Origin: Nanobdellota archaeon
GTDB taxonomy: Archaea; Nanobdellota; Nanobdellia; Woesearchaeales; JAHJEM01
DNA length: 64,000 nucleotides
Reading direction: 5' to 3'
NCBI GenBank assembly: GCA_043825215.1
Contig: JBDRSD010000039.1
Location: 14,302 to 78,301 of the forward strand
Positions 1 through 10,569 of this stretch are shown piece by piece. The position numbers and the translations under genes were made by a program. The number at the start of each line of letters is the position of its first letter. The stretch's first letter is position 1. The notes under the pieces were generated by a model, which made no database searches, was not told the DNA's origin, and saw only the letters and a list, made by a program, of their open reading frames with translations.

Positions 1-3000
1 CGAGATATTATTATACGGGCAACTAAAAGCCAGCCCGTCATCAAGGATTCCCCCATACCCATACATCCCCACATCGATAGGACTGTTTCCGGCATTGATG
101 ATCGCAACACCAATCTCGGGAGTTATATCAAACGAGGACACATTCCCATAAACGATGCCAGTCACATTCACATCAATCGCATACAAGGGAAGGATGGTGA
201 AATTGATACTGATATTTGAAGAGTTCTCTCCTTCATCCTCAGCATACGCAGTAAACGTCCAGGTCCCATTATTCGCAAAAAACCAGACATCAAACTGGCA
301 GGTAGCATTAATTGATGAGTTTGTCTCATTAGCTATTGTGCAATTGGTCGCATAATGATTCGTCTCATTATCATCTGCATAATATGTGGTGTTGCCAAAG
401 TGCCAGATAGTCCCATTCACGATAGCAATATCAGCAAAGCCGTTGTTATCACTGAAGATTGCACTGAAATTGATTGACAACTGCATGCCTCCAAGCAGAT
501 CCACCTGAGCTGATCCACCAGCGCTCCCTCCCTCTGGCGGGGTGTTATTGACTTCCAAACCTGATACCACGGTAATATTATCATACCATGCCAAGGGACC
601 TGTGATGATGAGCGTCCTGTTCTCAACTGAGAATGATCCTAAACCCTGGGAGTCATTGCATTCCACATTCCAGATAATACTGAGATTCAGAGGCAAGTCA
701 TTGACCACAAATGAGTGCATTCCTGCAGAGATAGGCAGGGTCTGGTTTGGTGAAAAGACTCCTGAAAAATTCGCATACAGCGTGCATGTGCTCACATCCT
801 CATCAACCACCTCATAGATGAATGTCACATTGCCATCAGGATCATTATCCCCCTCAAGCGGCTTCCAGAGCGTCACGACAGGGGGTTGATTCCACAGAAT
901 ATAATTATAGATGCTTGTTGAATTCCTATAATTCCCAAATGAATCATACGCGACAACCATCCAATAATACACGGTGTTGTACACAAGAGAGCCGGTCATG
1001 GTAAATGAGGTGTTTGCCACAGGAAATGTCACATACGTGAAATCAGGCGACGGAAACTGTGCAGAAGTATCAATCAGCAGGGTATAATTCTGGAAATCAG
1101 GATCAGACGTCTGCTGCCAAAAAAATGTGGGCGTGCGAGTGGTGGTATTGGAATTGTTCATCGGAGAGAGCAGATCAAAAGGAGCAGGCCTGCTCTCGAC
1201 GACCGAGAATGAGAGATTGAACCTGGTCTCGACAGTCGGTTTCCCATAGGAATCAACCGCATACAGCTGCGTCACATTATAGACGCCAAGATCACCTGTC
1301 TCGTCAACATCCACTGTATATATATTCCCGGACAAAGAGAGCGAGAGGTTCCTCACAGTCCCATTCGGATAACGGACAGCGACAGAGGCAGAGCCCACAC
1401 CGAAAGATTCCGTGATGGTCACATTGAGCCGGACAGTCCGGGACTGGTTGATCCCGCTCAGGTTGAATGACGGATTGGAGAAGACCGGCCCGTGCGTATT
1501 GATTCCCACAGTAAAGTTCTCAGAGATATTCGTATTATTTTCCTCGTCATAACAACGGACAGCCCAGGAATACCATGCATCCTCGATATCTCCCACAGTA
1601 AAATTCTTCTTCGTACTCAAGGGCACATCCCAGATGGTCGAGAGATTCCCGAACGTGCCTGAAAAATTCGCATACAAGGTACAGTTCTTCGCCTTGAAGT
1701 TCGAGTTGTCATACACGCTGAAATTAAACCATACCGGAGTCGAGCCAACCACGCTCACATTGCCAGGCTCAAGCAGGGTTATCGTCGGAGGGGTTGTGTC
1801 TGGAACAAGCGAAAATGCATTTGCAGCAGATCCGTCATTGAAACCTGATGCAGTCACCTTGGAGACGACAGAATAGTTCCCAAACGACCAATTGAGCGTG
1901 CTTACCGTGAAACTGTCCTGTCCAGAGTAGACGTCTGTTGTATTCCTGTGGAAATAGATAAGGGATTGTTCAACGCTGGAAATGCTCGTGCCCGGAAGCA
2001 ACGGGAGGTATTTCCTTACGCGAAGATTGTCCCACCAAGTGGTATAACCCGCGCCCAATCCATCTCCGATGAAGCCGATGAAGCCGCCATTGTTCGTGAA
2101 CGTGTAGGCACCACCGCACGCTGCATCATTGATATATCCTCTTGCAGTAGTTGCATTTATGAGCAGGGTGAAATTATACCACGTGTTTGTCGCGATGTTG
2201 CTGCAGGTCTGCGACGGAACGCTCCATGATGTCCAGGACGCAGCAGCGCCTACTCCCGCATTATTTCCTCCACGTGTCTCTGCCCTGAAATGCTGGCCAC
2301 TCCCTGCTGCATTCACCAAGAAATAGAGGTTACCCAGGCCATCGCTCCTTACCCCAAAATCCAAAACCCTATTCGTCGTAAGGGATATGTCCCTGTACAT
2401 GTAATTGCCATTGACTGACGTTGCATAATAGCTCGGCGCAGGCAATCCCTGGGAAAATGTCTGGCCAGAAGTACCCACAAGAGTCCAGCTGCCCACAGCG
2501 CTTCCCGTATCGAAATACTCAAAGACATCTGCTCCTGACGTACCTGCAGACGCAGACGAATTTCCATAATACAGATAGACGGCAGTCGTTGAAAAAGCAG
2601 AGAAATTCCCCTTTATCCATACCTTTGTCTTGGCAGAATTGCAATCAGCCTCTATCCAGTAAGGAATCGGGTTGGCAGAGACATCTGCAAAACGCAAGTC
2701 ATCGCAATCCGACTGCAGCTTTCCTGCTGCAACCAATGCTGATGTATCTATTGTCATGTTGGCCTGAAAATCGGTCAGGTTGGAATTGTTCTTTTCAGTG
2801 ACATTCAAAAGGCGCCGATAGGGCCAGGATGCATTCCACCACGGGCTCTCAGTGGTTGTCTGGTTGGTAAAGACTACTGCCGTTGCTGCATTCCCGCTGA
2901 CGGGATTTCCAAAACTGTCCTTCACAGATAATGAGATAGATACGTTTTCACCCCGTTCATACTCAGATTCAGATAAATTAATTGAGACATTCAAAGTTGT

Positions 3001-6000
3001 TGTCTCCATAACCTTGAAAGTTCGTATATCAGTTCCATTCCTGTTATGTGCTGCATCTGAACAATTCACCTGCCATGAATAAGATCCATCATCAAAATCG
3101 ACCACAAAGGTCTGTGTTGTCAGTTTTTGGACTGAAGTATTTGTATTATTAATAGTTCCATTGATCAAGAGAGAGCAATTCGAGATAGAACTTGAGTCAT
3201 TGACATTATATTGAAAGGTTACAGTAACACTTCCAAGAGTCGCATTATCTGCAGGGAAACTCAGATTGATCGTCGGAGGGGCAGTATCATTCACCTGCAA
3301 GAAATGTGTCTCATAACTCGAAGTATAATTCTGCGTCGCGTTATACAACGCTGTTATATTAAAAACAGCCGGATCAAAATAATAACTCAGGTTTGTCAAC
3401 GGGGAGCTCCCTGAACCAACAAGAACTCCATTCACAAATAGATTAACACCTCCATTGGGAGGAGTTACCATCTTTACCGAATGATTCACCAGCGCTCCCT
3501 CTGGCACACTCACATTTGAGTCTAAACCGTTAATGTCCAGATTCACAACAGATGCTGCTTTACCAACCGTGTGGGCAAATATTTGGGTCTTATTAGCATT
3601 CCCTTGCGAATCATTACTATACCACTTGAAGGCATATATGCCAACAGCAGAATCAGTAATATTCACCATGTAGACGGCACCCCCCTGAGCAGGAGTTGAA
3701 TTTACAGTGGAACCTGAAAAATTGCTTTCAAACATTACACTGTTTACACCGAAATTATCATTCAACGTCGCATTGAACTGAATGTTCCCCTCTGGAACAT
3801 ATGTTGATGGAGATGTTGGATACCTAGACGTATTCAATACAATGGGAGGAGCAGTATCTACCTTGGTCGTATAATTTGAGAGAGCAAAACTTTTTCGTCC
3901 AGATGAATCAAAGCAGCGTACATTCCACAAATATGTACCATCAGACAAGTTCTTAGTAAAAGTATTCGACACTCCATTTGTGGGTGTAGAATTCGTCTCA
4001 TTTAAAATAAATGCTCCTGTGAAATTTGCATAAAAAGAGCAATTCACAAGGTTTGTATCATTGGGCAGGTACGAGAACACGACAACCGATGAATTGGAGA
4101 AAGAATCATGCGAAGGAGCTATTAGAGTTATGTTTGGATCTGTCATGTCCACGGTAAAGTTTCTCGCGCTTGACGTGCCCAGGTTGTATTCCGTGCTGTT
4201 GTCATAACATGCGACTGACCAATTGTGCTTGCCCTCAGACAGATTAAAGATGTTGAAATAATTAAAGGCCAGATTTGTTATGTTGGCATCGCTCATATTC
4301 AATACATCATCAATATACAAAGAGCAGTTGTTGATTCCCGTCGCATCGCCAGGGGTATAATTGAAAGAGAGGTTTTCGTAAGGCAGGAAAGACTCAGCGC
4401 CAGGCCAGTTCGGGGTGATCAGAGGGGGATCTGAATCCACCACGCTCACCGACAGGTTGAAGAGGTCTGATGAGCCTTCAAGCCCGTTCTGGTCAGTGCA
4501 GTTGACCATCCAGGTATGGGTACCGTTCAGCACAAGCTCAGTGAACGTGAATGCCACATCATCAGTTATGGCATATTTGACCTGCTTTGATTCGTTGTCA
4601 ATGATGAGTTCGCAAGAGCTCACGTTGGCAAGCACATCGCTTGCGTTTGCCGTGAAGTTGATGTTGTTCGTCACAGTCTCAAACGTGCCATTATCAGGAG
4701 ACATAAGATGCACGCTTGGCCCTGTCAGATCCACAATCACCGTGTAATTTGTCCCGGCAGACCCTGAATTGCCAGCAGTATCATTGCATCTGACATTCCA
4801 ATGAGTCGCACCCTCTTCCAAGGTCGCATTAAAAAAATTCGGCTGGCTCTTATTTATTGATGAATTTGTTTGATTCGCAATCCAAGGACCTGTCGCATTC
4901 GTGTAGAAGGTACAGTTTGTAATCGTGTTCATATCTGACGGCGTATAATTGAAGGTGACTGACTGGGAGGTCGTAAATCCAAAGTCAGAGGGATTGTTAA
5001 GCGCCACCGACGGGGAAGTTAGATCCGTAATATACGAGTATACTGATGATGAATTCTTTGCATTGCCAAAAACGTCATATGCAATAACCTTCCAATAATA
5101 GGTGCTGTCAGGATCAACAGGCGCTTCCACAACTTTCGACGTGTTCGTGACCGCATAGGTCGCATAGGTGAAGTCAGGGCTTCCGAACAGGGAATCCTTG
5201 TCGAGGAGAAGCGTGTAATTCGCAAAAAGGGTGTCAGAGGACTCCTCCCATGTCATGTTCGGAAGCAGATTTGTCGTTTCTATCGTGTCAGGAGGAGACA
5301 GGAGATCAAAATCAGCAGGGGGTGATGCAGACACGTTGAAGGTCAGGTTCGAAAGCGGGGTATCGTTGACATTACCTGCATGGTCCTGAGCAATGACATG
5401 GGTGACATTATAGGTGCCGGTCATGTTCGTGTCACTCATCTCCAAGTACCAAGACGTGCCAGAGCCTCGAGAGAGAGTCCTGTTCACAACACTCCCATTC
5501 GGATATTTCAAACTTATCAGCCCTGAGATGAGGATGGTGTTGTCAGATAGCGAGACAGAGAAATGAACAGGCTCTGACTGGTTGATGAGCGACGTGTTCA
5601 GCGCAGGTCCTGTGACGACCGGCTTCTGCGTGTCGTTAATGATCGTGATGTTCAGGATCCCTGATTCAGTCCTGTCCACTGACTCATTAGCAGACACGAA
5701 CACCTGCCACGAGCTGTTATAATTCCCTGTCGAATTCACCGCCCAGACGACGAGACAATAGTCTCCTGCAGTCATGTTCCCAAGACAAGCATGCGTTGTC
5801 CAATTGGCAGGATTTGCCTGGGAGGTAAAAAATGGCGAGCCAGAACCGGTCTGCACGATCTCTTTTTGCACAAGGCGCTCCTCTGCTCCGATCACATACG
5901 TCGGCTCAGGAGACGCATATTTCCTGACCCGCACATCATCATACCGCGTAAAGGAGCCATAATGGTTCTGCAGGGAAATCTCCCCTGCTGCAGTATATTG

Positions 6001-7038
6001 CGAATCTGAGCAGGTTTTCGTGAGACTTCCTGTAAGTATTGTGAAGGTCGAACCGGTGATGGTCATCCTGAAGTCAAGCCAGGTGCTTATTGCGGGAGGG
6101 GTTCCGGATGCAGTGCATGACGGGAGAAAATTCCAACCAGAATAAGGAGGCTTGAGATGGGAAAGACCCTGACCTCCCCGCGCATCAATTCTTGATTTAT
6201 ATCCGGTATTCCCTGCATAAGAGCCTCTAAAGCCCAACTCCCCTATTGCATCAGCACTCAGAAAATACTTTCCCTCGATTATCCCGTCAACAAATCCAGT
6301 GTATGTCGCATTCGTACCAAGCGCAGTATGCCCATACGGAGAGGATGTCGAGCCTCCGCCTGCGACCATGTATTGGTTCTCGATTCTCGGATAGACCCCT
6401 GAGGTCTTATGCCTTGTCCACTTGGAAAGGTCTCCATTGAAGTCATCAAAAAATACGAAAGTCGCAGAGCCGTTGGTCAGCGGGGTGGCACTTTTATTTC
6501 CATAGTACACATAAATCGCGCTTGGAGTTGTCGTGATATTCTTATCAACCTCAACCCAAAGAGTGATATTCTGTCCGGCAACAGAGCAATTCTCAACCCA
6601 ATAATCCAGAAGGGACACATCTGACCCATTAATGATCCGAAGTCTTGAGGAATTGGCATTGACGCATTCATCAGACCAGTTCCAACTCGATCCGACATTG
6701 GACTGATTGAGGATGATCTTGACCTGATAGTCGCCAGGGGTCGTTCCTGAGGAAACGCTCAGATTTACCTGCTGGCGATACGGCCAGGAGGTGTTCCACC
6801 ACACAGGTGCATTCAGGGCAGCAGTGACATTCCCGCACGAACCTGTTTGACAGGAGATATTTGCTGTGACATTGAATATGAATCCTTTGGAAACATTAAA
6901 ATCAGTGGTTGGATCGGTGGACACGTCCATTCCTGCAGCAAGCAACAGGTTGCATAATACAGCTATCGCAGCCACAATGAAAATCCAATTCACTCTCGTG
7001 GTGACGCCTTTCTTCTCTATCTTTTCATCTTTCTTCAT
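1..7038 (-). CDS. Giant exported surface protein, N-terminal >=2345 aa. The C-terminus lies beyond the left window edge. It has a signal peptide, a DUF2341-like domain and a ConA/LamG-like region.
   Basis: The ATG at 7038 on the minus strand reads MKKDEKIEKKGVTTRVNWIFIVAAIAVLCNLLLAAG..., a hydrophobic signal/anchor. I translated 6361..7038 by hand: ...APVWWNTSWPYRQQVNLSVSSGTTPGDYQVKIILNQS...SSRLRIINGSDVSLLDYWVENCSVAGQNITLWVEVDKNITTTPSAIYVYYGNKSATPLTNGSATFVFFDDFNGDLSKW. The ORF track lists no minus ORF ending near 7038, so the frame is open to position 1. No other frame in 1..7035 has an ORF longer than 91 aa. Confidence 0.75.
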   Translation of the reverse strand, partial: MKKDEKIEKKGVTTRVNWIFIVAAIAVLCNLLLAAGMDVSTDPTTDFNVSKGFIFNVTANISCQTGSCGNVTAALNAPVWWNTSWPYRQQVNLSVSSGTTPGDYQVKIILNQSNVGSSWNWSDECVNANSSRLRIINGSDVSLLDYWVENCSVAGQNITLWVEVDKNITTTPSAIYVYYGNKSATPLTNGSATFVFFDDFNGDLSKWTRHKTSGVYPRIENQYMVAGGGSTSSPYGHTALGTNATYTGFVDGIIEGKYFLSADAIGELGFRGSYAGNTGYKSRIDARGGQGLSHLKPPYSGWNFLPSCTASGTPPAISTWLDFRMTITGSTFTILTGSLTKTCSDSQYTAAGEISLQNHYGSFTRYDDVRVRKYASPEPTYVIGAEERLVQKEIVQTGSGSPFFTSQANPANWTTHACLGNMTAGDYCLVVWAVNSTGNYNSSWQVFVSANESVDRTESGILNITIINDTQKPVVTGPALNTSLINQSEPVHFSVSLSDNTILISGLISLKYPNGSVVNRTLSRGSGTSWYLEMSDTNMTGTYNVTHVIAQDHAGNVNDTPLSNLTFNVSASPPADFDLLSPPDTIETTNLLPNMTWEESSDTLFANYTLLLDKDSLFGSPDFTYATYAVTNTSKVVEAPVDPDSTYYWKVIAYDVFGNAKNSSSVYSYITDLTSPSVALNNPSDFGFTTSQSVTFNYTPSDMNTITNCTFYTNATGPWIANQTNSSINKSQPNFFNATLEEGATHWNVRCNDTAGNSGSAGTNYTVIVDLTGPSVHLMSPDNGTFETVTNNINFTANASDVLANVSSCELIIDNESKQVKYAITDDVAFTFTELVLNGTHTWMVNCTDQNGLEGSSDLFNLSVSVVDSDPPLITPNWPGAESFLPYENLSFNYTPGDATGINNCSLYIDDVLNMSDANITNLAFNYFNIFNLSEGKHNWSVACYDNSTEYNLGTSSARNFTVDMTDPNITLIAPSHDSFSNSSVVVFSYLPNDTNLVNCSFYANFTGAFILNETNSTPTNGVSNTFTKNLSDGTYLWNVRCFDSSGRKSFALSNYTTKVDTAPPIVLNTSRYPTSPSTYVPEGNIQFNATLNDNFGVNSVMFESNFSGSTVNSTPAQGGAVYMVNITDSAVGIYAFKWYSNDSQGNANKTQIFAHTVGKAASVVNLDINGLDSNVSVPEGALVNHSVKMVTPPNGGVNLFVNGVLVGSGSSPLTNLSYYFDPAVFNITALYNATQNYTSSYETHFLQVNDTAPPTINLSFPADNATLGSVTVTFQYNVNDSSSISNCSLLINGTINNTNTSVQKLTTQTFVVDFDDGSYSWQVNCSDAAHNRNGTDIRTFKVMETTTLNVSINLSESEYERGENVSISLSVKDSFGNPVSGNAATAVVFTNQTTTESPWWNASWPYRRLLNVTEKNNSNLTDFQANMTIDTSALVAAGKLQSDCDDLRFADVSANPIPYWIEADCNSAKTKVWIKGNFSAFSTTAVYLYYGNSSASAGTSGADVFEYFDTGSAVGSWTLVGTSGQTFSQGLPAPSYYATSVNGNYMYRDISLTTNRVLDFGVRSDGLGNLYFLVNAAGSGQHFRAETRGGNNAGVGAAASWTSWSVPSQTCSNIATNTWYNFTLLINATTARGYINDAACGGAYTFTNNGGFIGFIGDGLGAGYTTWWDNLRVRKYLPLLPGTSISSVEQSLIYFHRNTTDVYSGQDSFTVSTLNWSFGNYSVVSKVTASGFNDGSAANAFSLVPDTTPPTITLLEPGNVSVVGSTPVWFNFSVYDNSNFKAKNCTLYANFSGTFGNLSTIWDVPLSTKKNFTVGDIEDAWYSWAVRCYDEENNTNISENFTVGINTHGPVFSNPSFNLSGINQSRTVRLNVTITESFGVGSASVAVRYPNGTVRNLSLSLSGNIYTVDVDETGDLGVYNVTQLYAVDSYGKPTVETRFNLSFSVVESRPAPFDLLSPMNNSNTTTRTPTFFWQQTSDPDFQNYTLLIDTSAQFPSPDFTYVTFPVANTSFTMTGSLVYNTVYYWMVVAYDSFGNYRNSTSIYNYILWNQPPVVTLWKPLEGDNDPDGNVTFIYEVVDEDVSTCTLYANFSGVFSPNQTLPISAGMHSFVVNDLPLNLSIIWNVECNDSQGLGSFSVENRTLIITGPLAWYDNITVVSGLEVNNTPPEGGSAGGSAQVDLLGGMQLSINFSAIFSDNNGFADIAIVNGTIWHFGNTTYYADDNETNHYATNCTIANETNSSINATCQFDVWFFANNGTWTFTAYAEDEGENSSNISINFTILPLYAIDVNVTGIVYGNVSSFDITPEIGVAIINAGNSPIDVGMYGYGGILDDGLAFSCPYNNIS

Positions 7039-7550
7039 TGTCTATCTGCGAAATACATGTATATGTATTGCTGGATGCTCCTTATCCCAACCATCTCCTC
7101 TATCTCACCCACTGGCACTTTGGCCTTGAATGCGTTGATGATAAAGGAATGCCGAAATACCCGCGGGTTGAGGGGTATGCCTATGATCCTTTCCGTATGA
7201 TGCCTCACTATTTGCTGGATCCTCCTCTCAGTCATCTGTTTTGACTGCCTTGTGGACAGCAGATAATCAGACCTTTTCAGCGAGCATTCCCTGATATGAT
7301 CAAGAACCTGAACCATCAGCTCTTTTGGCAGCAGGATCTTTCTACTCTTTTTATTCTTCGTAATTTTTGCAGGAACAATCAATGCATCATTTTCCATATC
7401 AAACTCCCCGACACGAAGAGTTGCCATTTCATGGACAGTCATACCCGTCCTTAAGAAGAGCAGGAAGAGGAGCCTGTGCTGGGGATCCTCGATTCCTGAG
7501 ATGAGCGCGTACTCGTCAATACTCGATAAGGCCTTAATTGTCACTGTCAA
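7035..7550 (-). CDS. Tyrosine recombinase (phage-integrase/Xer family). Only the catalytic domain is present, 171 aa.
   Basis: HRLLFLLFLRTGMTVHEMATLRVGEF matches box I with the Arg. LNPRVFRHSFIINAF...MVGIRSIQQYIYMY matches box II with the RH motif and a terminal Tyr nucleophile. There is no room upstream for an N-terminal core-binding domain. Its TGA stop overlaps the ATG of the giant gene as ATGA at 7035..7038. Confidence 0.8.
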   Translation of the reverse strand: MTVTIKALSSIDEYALISGIEDPQHRLLFLLFLRTGMTVHEMATLRVGEFDMENDALIVPAKITKNKKSRKILLPKELMVQVLDHIRECSLKRSDYLLSTRQSKQMTERRIQQIVRHHTERIIGIPLNPRVFRHSFIINAFKAKVPVGEIEEMVGIRSIQQYIYMYFADRQ

Positions 7551-7559
7551 TAGTCCTCA

Positions 7560-7625
7560 GTTTCGTATTTACTATGAATACGCCTATTTATAAAGGTTAT
7601 CTTTTAAGACGAGGGTTTCGTATTT
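7560..7625 (+). promoter_or_regulatory. Two direct copies of GTTTCGTATTT (7560..7570 and 7615..7625) bracketing the TATA box
   Basis: Exact 11-bp direct repeat spaced 55 bp apart. The same core TTCGTAT recurs at other promoters in the window. Confidence 0.5.
7587..7594 (-). promoter_or_regulatory. TATA box (TTTATAAA) about 37-44 bp upstream of the recombinase start codon
   Basis: AT-rich palindromic TATA element in the 133-bp gap 7551..7683. A TTTCGTATTT motif copy lies on each side of it. Confidence 0.45.
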
Positions 7626-7683
7626 GTATCAATTACGTAATAATTTCAATATTTCAACTACGTCCAGTGACATCACGAAAGGA

Positions 7684-9264
7684 TCAGCTCTGCACAAGAC
7701 TCACGACGACAAAACCGGAGCAGTTGCCCTTCTGCGGCTTTGGCACCCCCATCTTCCAATACACATCCCTCGTCGGAGAAAAGGTATCATTCTTCGGCTC
7801 AAGGTTGAAGGAATCAAGCTGCACAGCGGTTGCTGTCAAAGAGGTCATCAGGGAATACAGAAGTCCCCCACTCAAGGAATACCGCTCATAGCCAATAGAA
7901 ATGTTTCCCTCATCGCAAGCCATGGAGAGCCCGTCACCTTCACTTGCCCCATATCCGAACAATGCCACATCCATCTCACCATTTCCCACGTTCTCAATCG
8001 TTATGGCAGAATCTGCTGTCGAGTTCTCTCCAGGATTCAACACGCCATAATCAATAATAAGAGGCGTTATGTTCATCCCGAAGATAGTGCTCACATTCAC
8101 GACTGAATGATTGAAACCAGTCGTCCCGTTCATGTCCACAGCTGTCGCATTGCACGCCCACTCACCAGGAACAGCATAATACCAGACAGAAAAGCCACAG
8201 GTATAATTCCTATACCCACCTCCCTCATAGATTGAATCACAGCTCGCATTCGAAAGGTGAAGAGAACTCTCATCAGGAGCACCATTAGACGAAGAAGAAT
8301 GATACAGGCTTGCCTGCACATTGACTAGATCACCTAAACCGTCCAGGTCAGTCACACTCGCATTGCACTCGACCTGCACAATATCACCGAGGGAAGGAAC
8401 AACGACCGGCAGGCTAGTCACTGAAAGGACCTCTGGCTCCCGATTGGCATCAATTGCCACATAGTTCCTGCCCGCGTCAGACCAGATATCATTGCTATCT
8501 GTACAATTCACCAACCAAAAATACTCCTTGTTCTCCAGCGTCACATTGAACGTATTCAGACGATCTTTGTCAGGATAGCTCTGGGAACTGTTGAAAGAAT
8601 CATTCAAGTACAAATCACAAGACACAATCGTCGAATTGTCCGAGACAGTATAATTGAAAAGGACAGCGCTTGACAATTCCCAGACAGAATTGTTCTGAGG
8701 AGAAACTGCGGAAACTAATGGAATCTCATCATCAAGACCTACCACTACACGTACCTCGTACACATGCATCACCGCACCATCAGGAACAGAATCATTAAGA
8801 CCAGCAATGATGATCTTCAGTTTTTCCATGATCTCACTCCACACCCACACACCATTTCCGTGCTCTGTGAGATTTGACAAGGTAAGATTCTGCCTGACGA
8901 CATTCTCTGCAGAAAACAGCCTCAGATCATACTGCGTTGTGCCATTATCATCAGAATACCTGATCGCCCAGCGATCATCAGTGATGCCTGACACCTCCAG
9001 ATCAATAACCAAATTGACGACATACAATGGCTCCGCATCCGGATGGGAAGAGATGTTGAAATTAAAAAAAGTGAGATTTCCATCGCTCAGGTTGATATGG
9101 GCAAAGGTAGAATAATCCTCGTCGAATGCATTCGCCTGGTCACTTGAATTGATTGTGGCATCAAACCCCCGGGGATGAGAAGGAAGCTGGCTTCCTGACA
9201 CAAGACCCAAAGACAGGAGAAAGAGTGCAAGAAAGATATGAACATTCTTCTGGCCCATCTTCAC
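7684..9264 (-). CDS. Secreted glycoprotein-like protein, 526 aa. Its C-terminus shares a YWK...VP.P..G.C.G.VV motif with the 312-aa and 303-aa proteins.
   Basis: Signal peptide MKMGQKNVHIFLALFLLSLGLVSGS. Very many NxS/T sequons. C-terminus DVYWKMGVPKPQKGNCSGFVVV. It lies 4 nt downstream of the preceding gene. Confidence 0.7.
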   Translation of the reverse strand: MKMGQKNVHIFLALFLLSLGLVSGSQLPSHPRGFDATINSSDQANAFDEDYSTFAHINLSDGNLTFFNFNISSHPDAEPLYVVNLVIDLEVSGITDDRWAIRYSDDNGTTQYDLRLFSAENVVRQNLTLSNLTEHGNGVWVWSEIMEKLKIIIAGLNDSVPDGAVMHVYEVRVVVGLDDEIPLVSAVSPQNNSVWELSSAVLFNYTVSDNSTIVSCDLYLNDSFNSSQSYPDKDRLNTFNVTLENKEYFWLVNCTDSNDIWSDAGRNYVAIDANREPEVLSVTSLPVVVPSLGDIVQVECNASVTDLDGLGDLVNVQASLYHSSSSNGAPDESSLHLSNASCDSIYEGGGYRNYTCGFSVWYYAVPGEWACNATAVDMNGTTGFNHSVVNVSTIFGMNITPLIIDYGVLNPGENSTADSAITIENVGNGEMDVALFGYGASEGDGLSMACDEGNISIGYERYSLSGGLLYSLMTSLTATAVQLDSFNLEPKNDTFSPTRDVYWKMGVPKPQKGNCSGFVVVSLVQS

Positions 9265-9268
9265 CCCC

Positions 9269-10483
9269 CTATGATATGATTCGTTTTGCCTTCTTTTTGC
9301 GCTTCCTTTTGATCAACACAACCAGCAGCATGATCGCCACAAGGACAATTATGATCGGCACAAATGACCACGAGGAGATCCGCCTGCGCTCGACCTCTTT
9401 CTCCAATCCAACATCTGCAGGAAAGGCTTCCAGAAGAGACGCCTTCTCAAACGTCAGCTTGTTGTTGTACAAAACCCTTCCGAAAATCTCGTATTTGCCT
9501 TCCTTCTCGGGCGTAAAAAAGCTCTCGAAATCGACAATCTCTCCAGGAAGGACGTCCAGGTTGTCTGTCTCAATAAGCTTCACCACCACATTTGCCGATC
9601 GTATCGTCCCTTTGAATTTTGCTGAGACAGCCCGCTCCCCGCTGTTCTTGAAAATCGCTTTTATGGGGGTGATCTGGCCGACACGTCCGTAATATTGGTT
9701 CTCTATGCGCATCAAATCCCCCCTGTCTGAAATACCACCTTTTTCAAGAACCTCGAATGTGATCTCTTCTGCAGGCTGGGCGCAGAGCGGCACAGTCACA
9801 TTGACAAAATACTGGCCCTTGGAAAGTTCAAGGCCGGGAATCGCCTGAAATGTATCCACGCTTATCGTCGGAAGGACTTCCTCCCCAGTCACGGTCACGC
9901 TCGCAACCTTGACTGCATGCTCCCTGTCCCAAAAATCAAGCTTTGCCTCAGGAGTGATCCGTACATTGCCCTGGTTCAAGACAGAGAAACGAAATTCAAC
10001 AGGCTTTCCTTCCTCAGTATCAGGTATCCTAAAACCGCCAGGAATGCATGAGATCAATTCCTGCCCTGTTATGCCTATCTCTGTCTGGATAGCAAAAGAT
10101 ACGATAATCGTACTCCCAATGCGCCCCTTGATGTCTGTCGAGAGAACACCTGTCCTCACCCGTATCAATCCCGTATACATGCCATTTGCCACGTCAGCGG
10201 GCGGGCTTACGACGAAAGTCACCCATTGCCCGTGATCCCTGCTTATATAGAGCTCGCCCTCTTCCTTAACAGAAATCCAGGGCTTAATTTCTCCTTCTGC
10301 TTCATAGACCAAGGAAAGATTTTCTACTGAATCAGTCGAAACATACACCTGCTCCTCTGCATATCCATTTTTCAACACGTCATCAATATGGATGAGAGCT
10401 TTACTCACACCAATCGCCGTACCTTCAACATGGGGAAATGCGAGAAGCAAGAATAAAACTGTGCAAAGCAATAATCGTTTCAT
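9269..10483 (-). CDS. Surface protein, 404 aa, with an N-terminal signal peptide and a C-terminal TM helix plus polybasic tail
   Basis: N-terminus MKRLLLCTVLFLLLAFPHVEG. C-terminus WSFVPIIIVLVAIMLLVVLIKRKRKKKAKRIIS. A TATA box at 10508..10515 lies about 24 bp upstream of the ATG, which implies a leaderless transcript. Confidence 0.75.
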   Translation of the reverse strand: MKRLLLCTVLFLLLAFPHVEGTAIGVSKALIHIDDVLKNGYAEEQVYVSTDSVENLSLVYEAEGEIKPWISVKEEGELYISRDHGQWVTFVVSPPADVANGMYTGLIRVRTGVLSTDIKGRIGSTIIVSFAIQTEIGITGQELISCIPGGFRIPDTEEGKPVEFRFSVLNQGNVRITPEAKLDFWDREHAVKVASVTVTGEEVLPTISVDTFQAIPGLELSKGQYFVNVTVPLCAQPAEEITFEVLEKGGISDRGDLMRIENQYYGRVGQITPIKAIFKNSGERAVSAKFKGTIRSANVVVKLIETDNLDVLPGEIVDFESFFTPEKEGKYEIFGRVLYNNKLTFEKASLLEAFPADVGLEKEVERRRISSWSFVPIIIVLVAIMLLVVLIKRKRKKKAKRIIS

Positions 10484-10507
10484 ACATGAAAAAACAGAAC
10501 AAGCTCA

Positions 10508-10515
10508 TTTATAAA
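10508..10515 (-). promoter_or_regulatory. TATA box TTTATAAA centred about -28 from the ATG of the 404-aa gene (leaderless transcript)
   Basis: The minus strand reads actaaataTTTATAAAtgagcttgttctgttttttcatgtATG. Confidence 0.55.
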
Positions 10516-10553
10516 TATTTAGTTTGAAAGACACAAACATTTTCAAAGAACAC

Positions 10554-10569
10554 AAAAAAAGAAAAATTT
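10554..10569 (-). terminator. Oligo-T terminator (AAATTTTTCTTTTTTT on the minus strand) 2 nt after the stop of the 312-aa gene
   Basis: A T-rich tract follows the TAG stop at 10572 directly. This is the archaeal-style intergenic layout of terminator followed by the next promoter. Confidence 0.5.
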
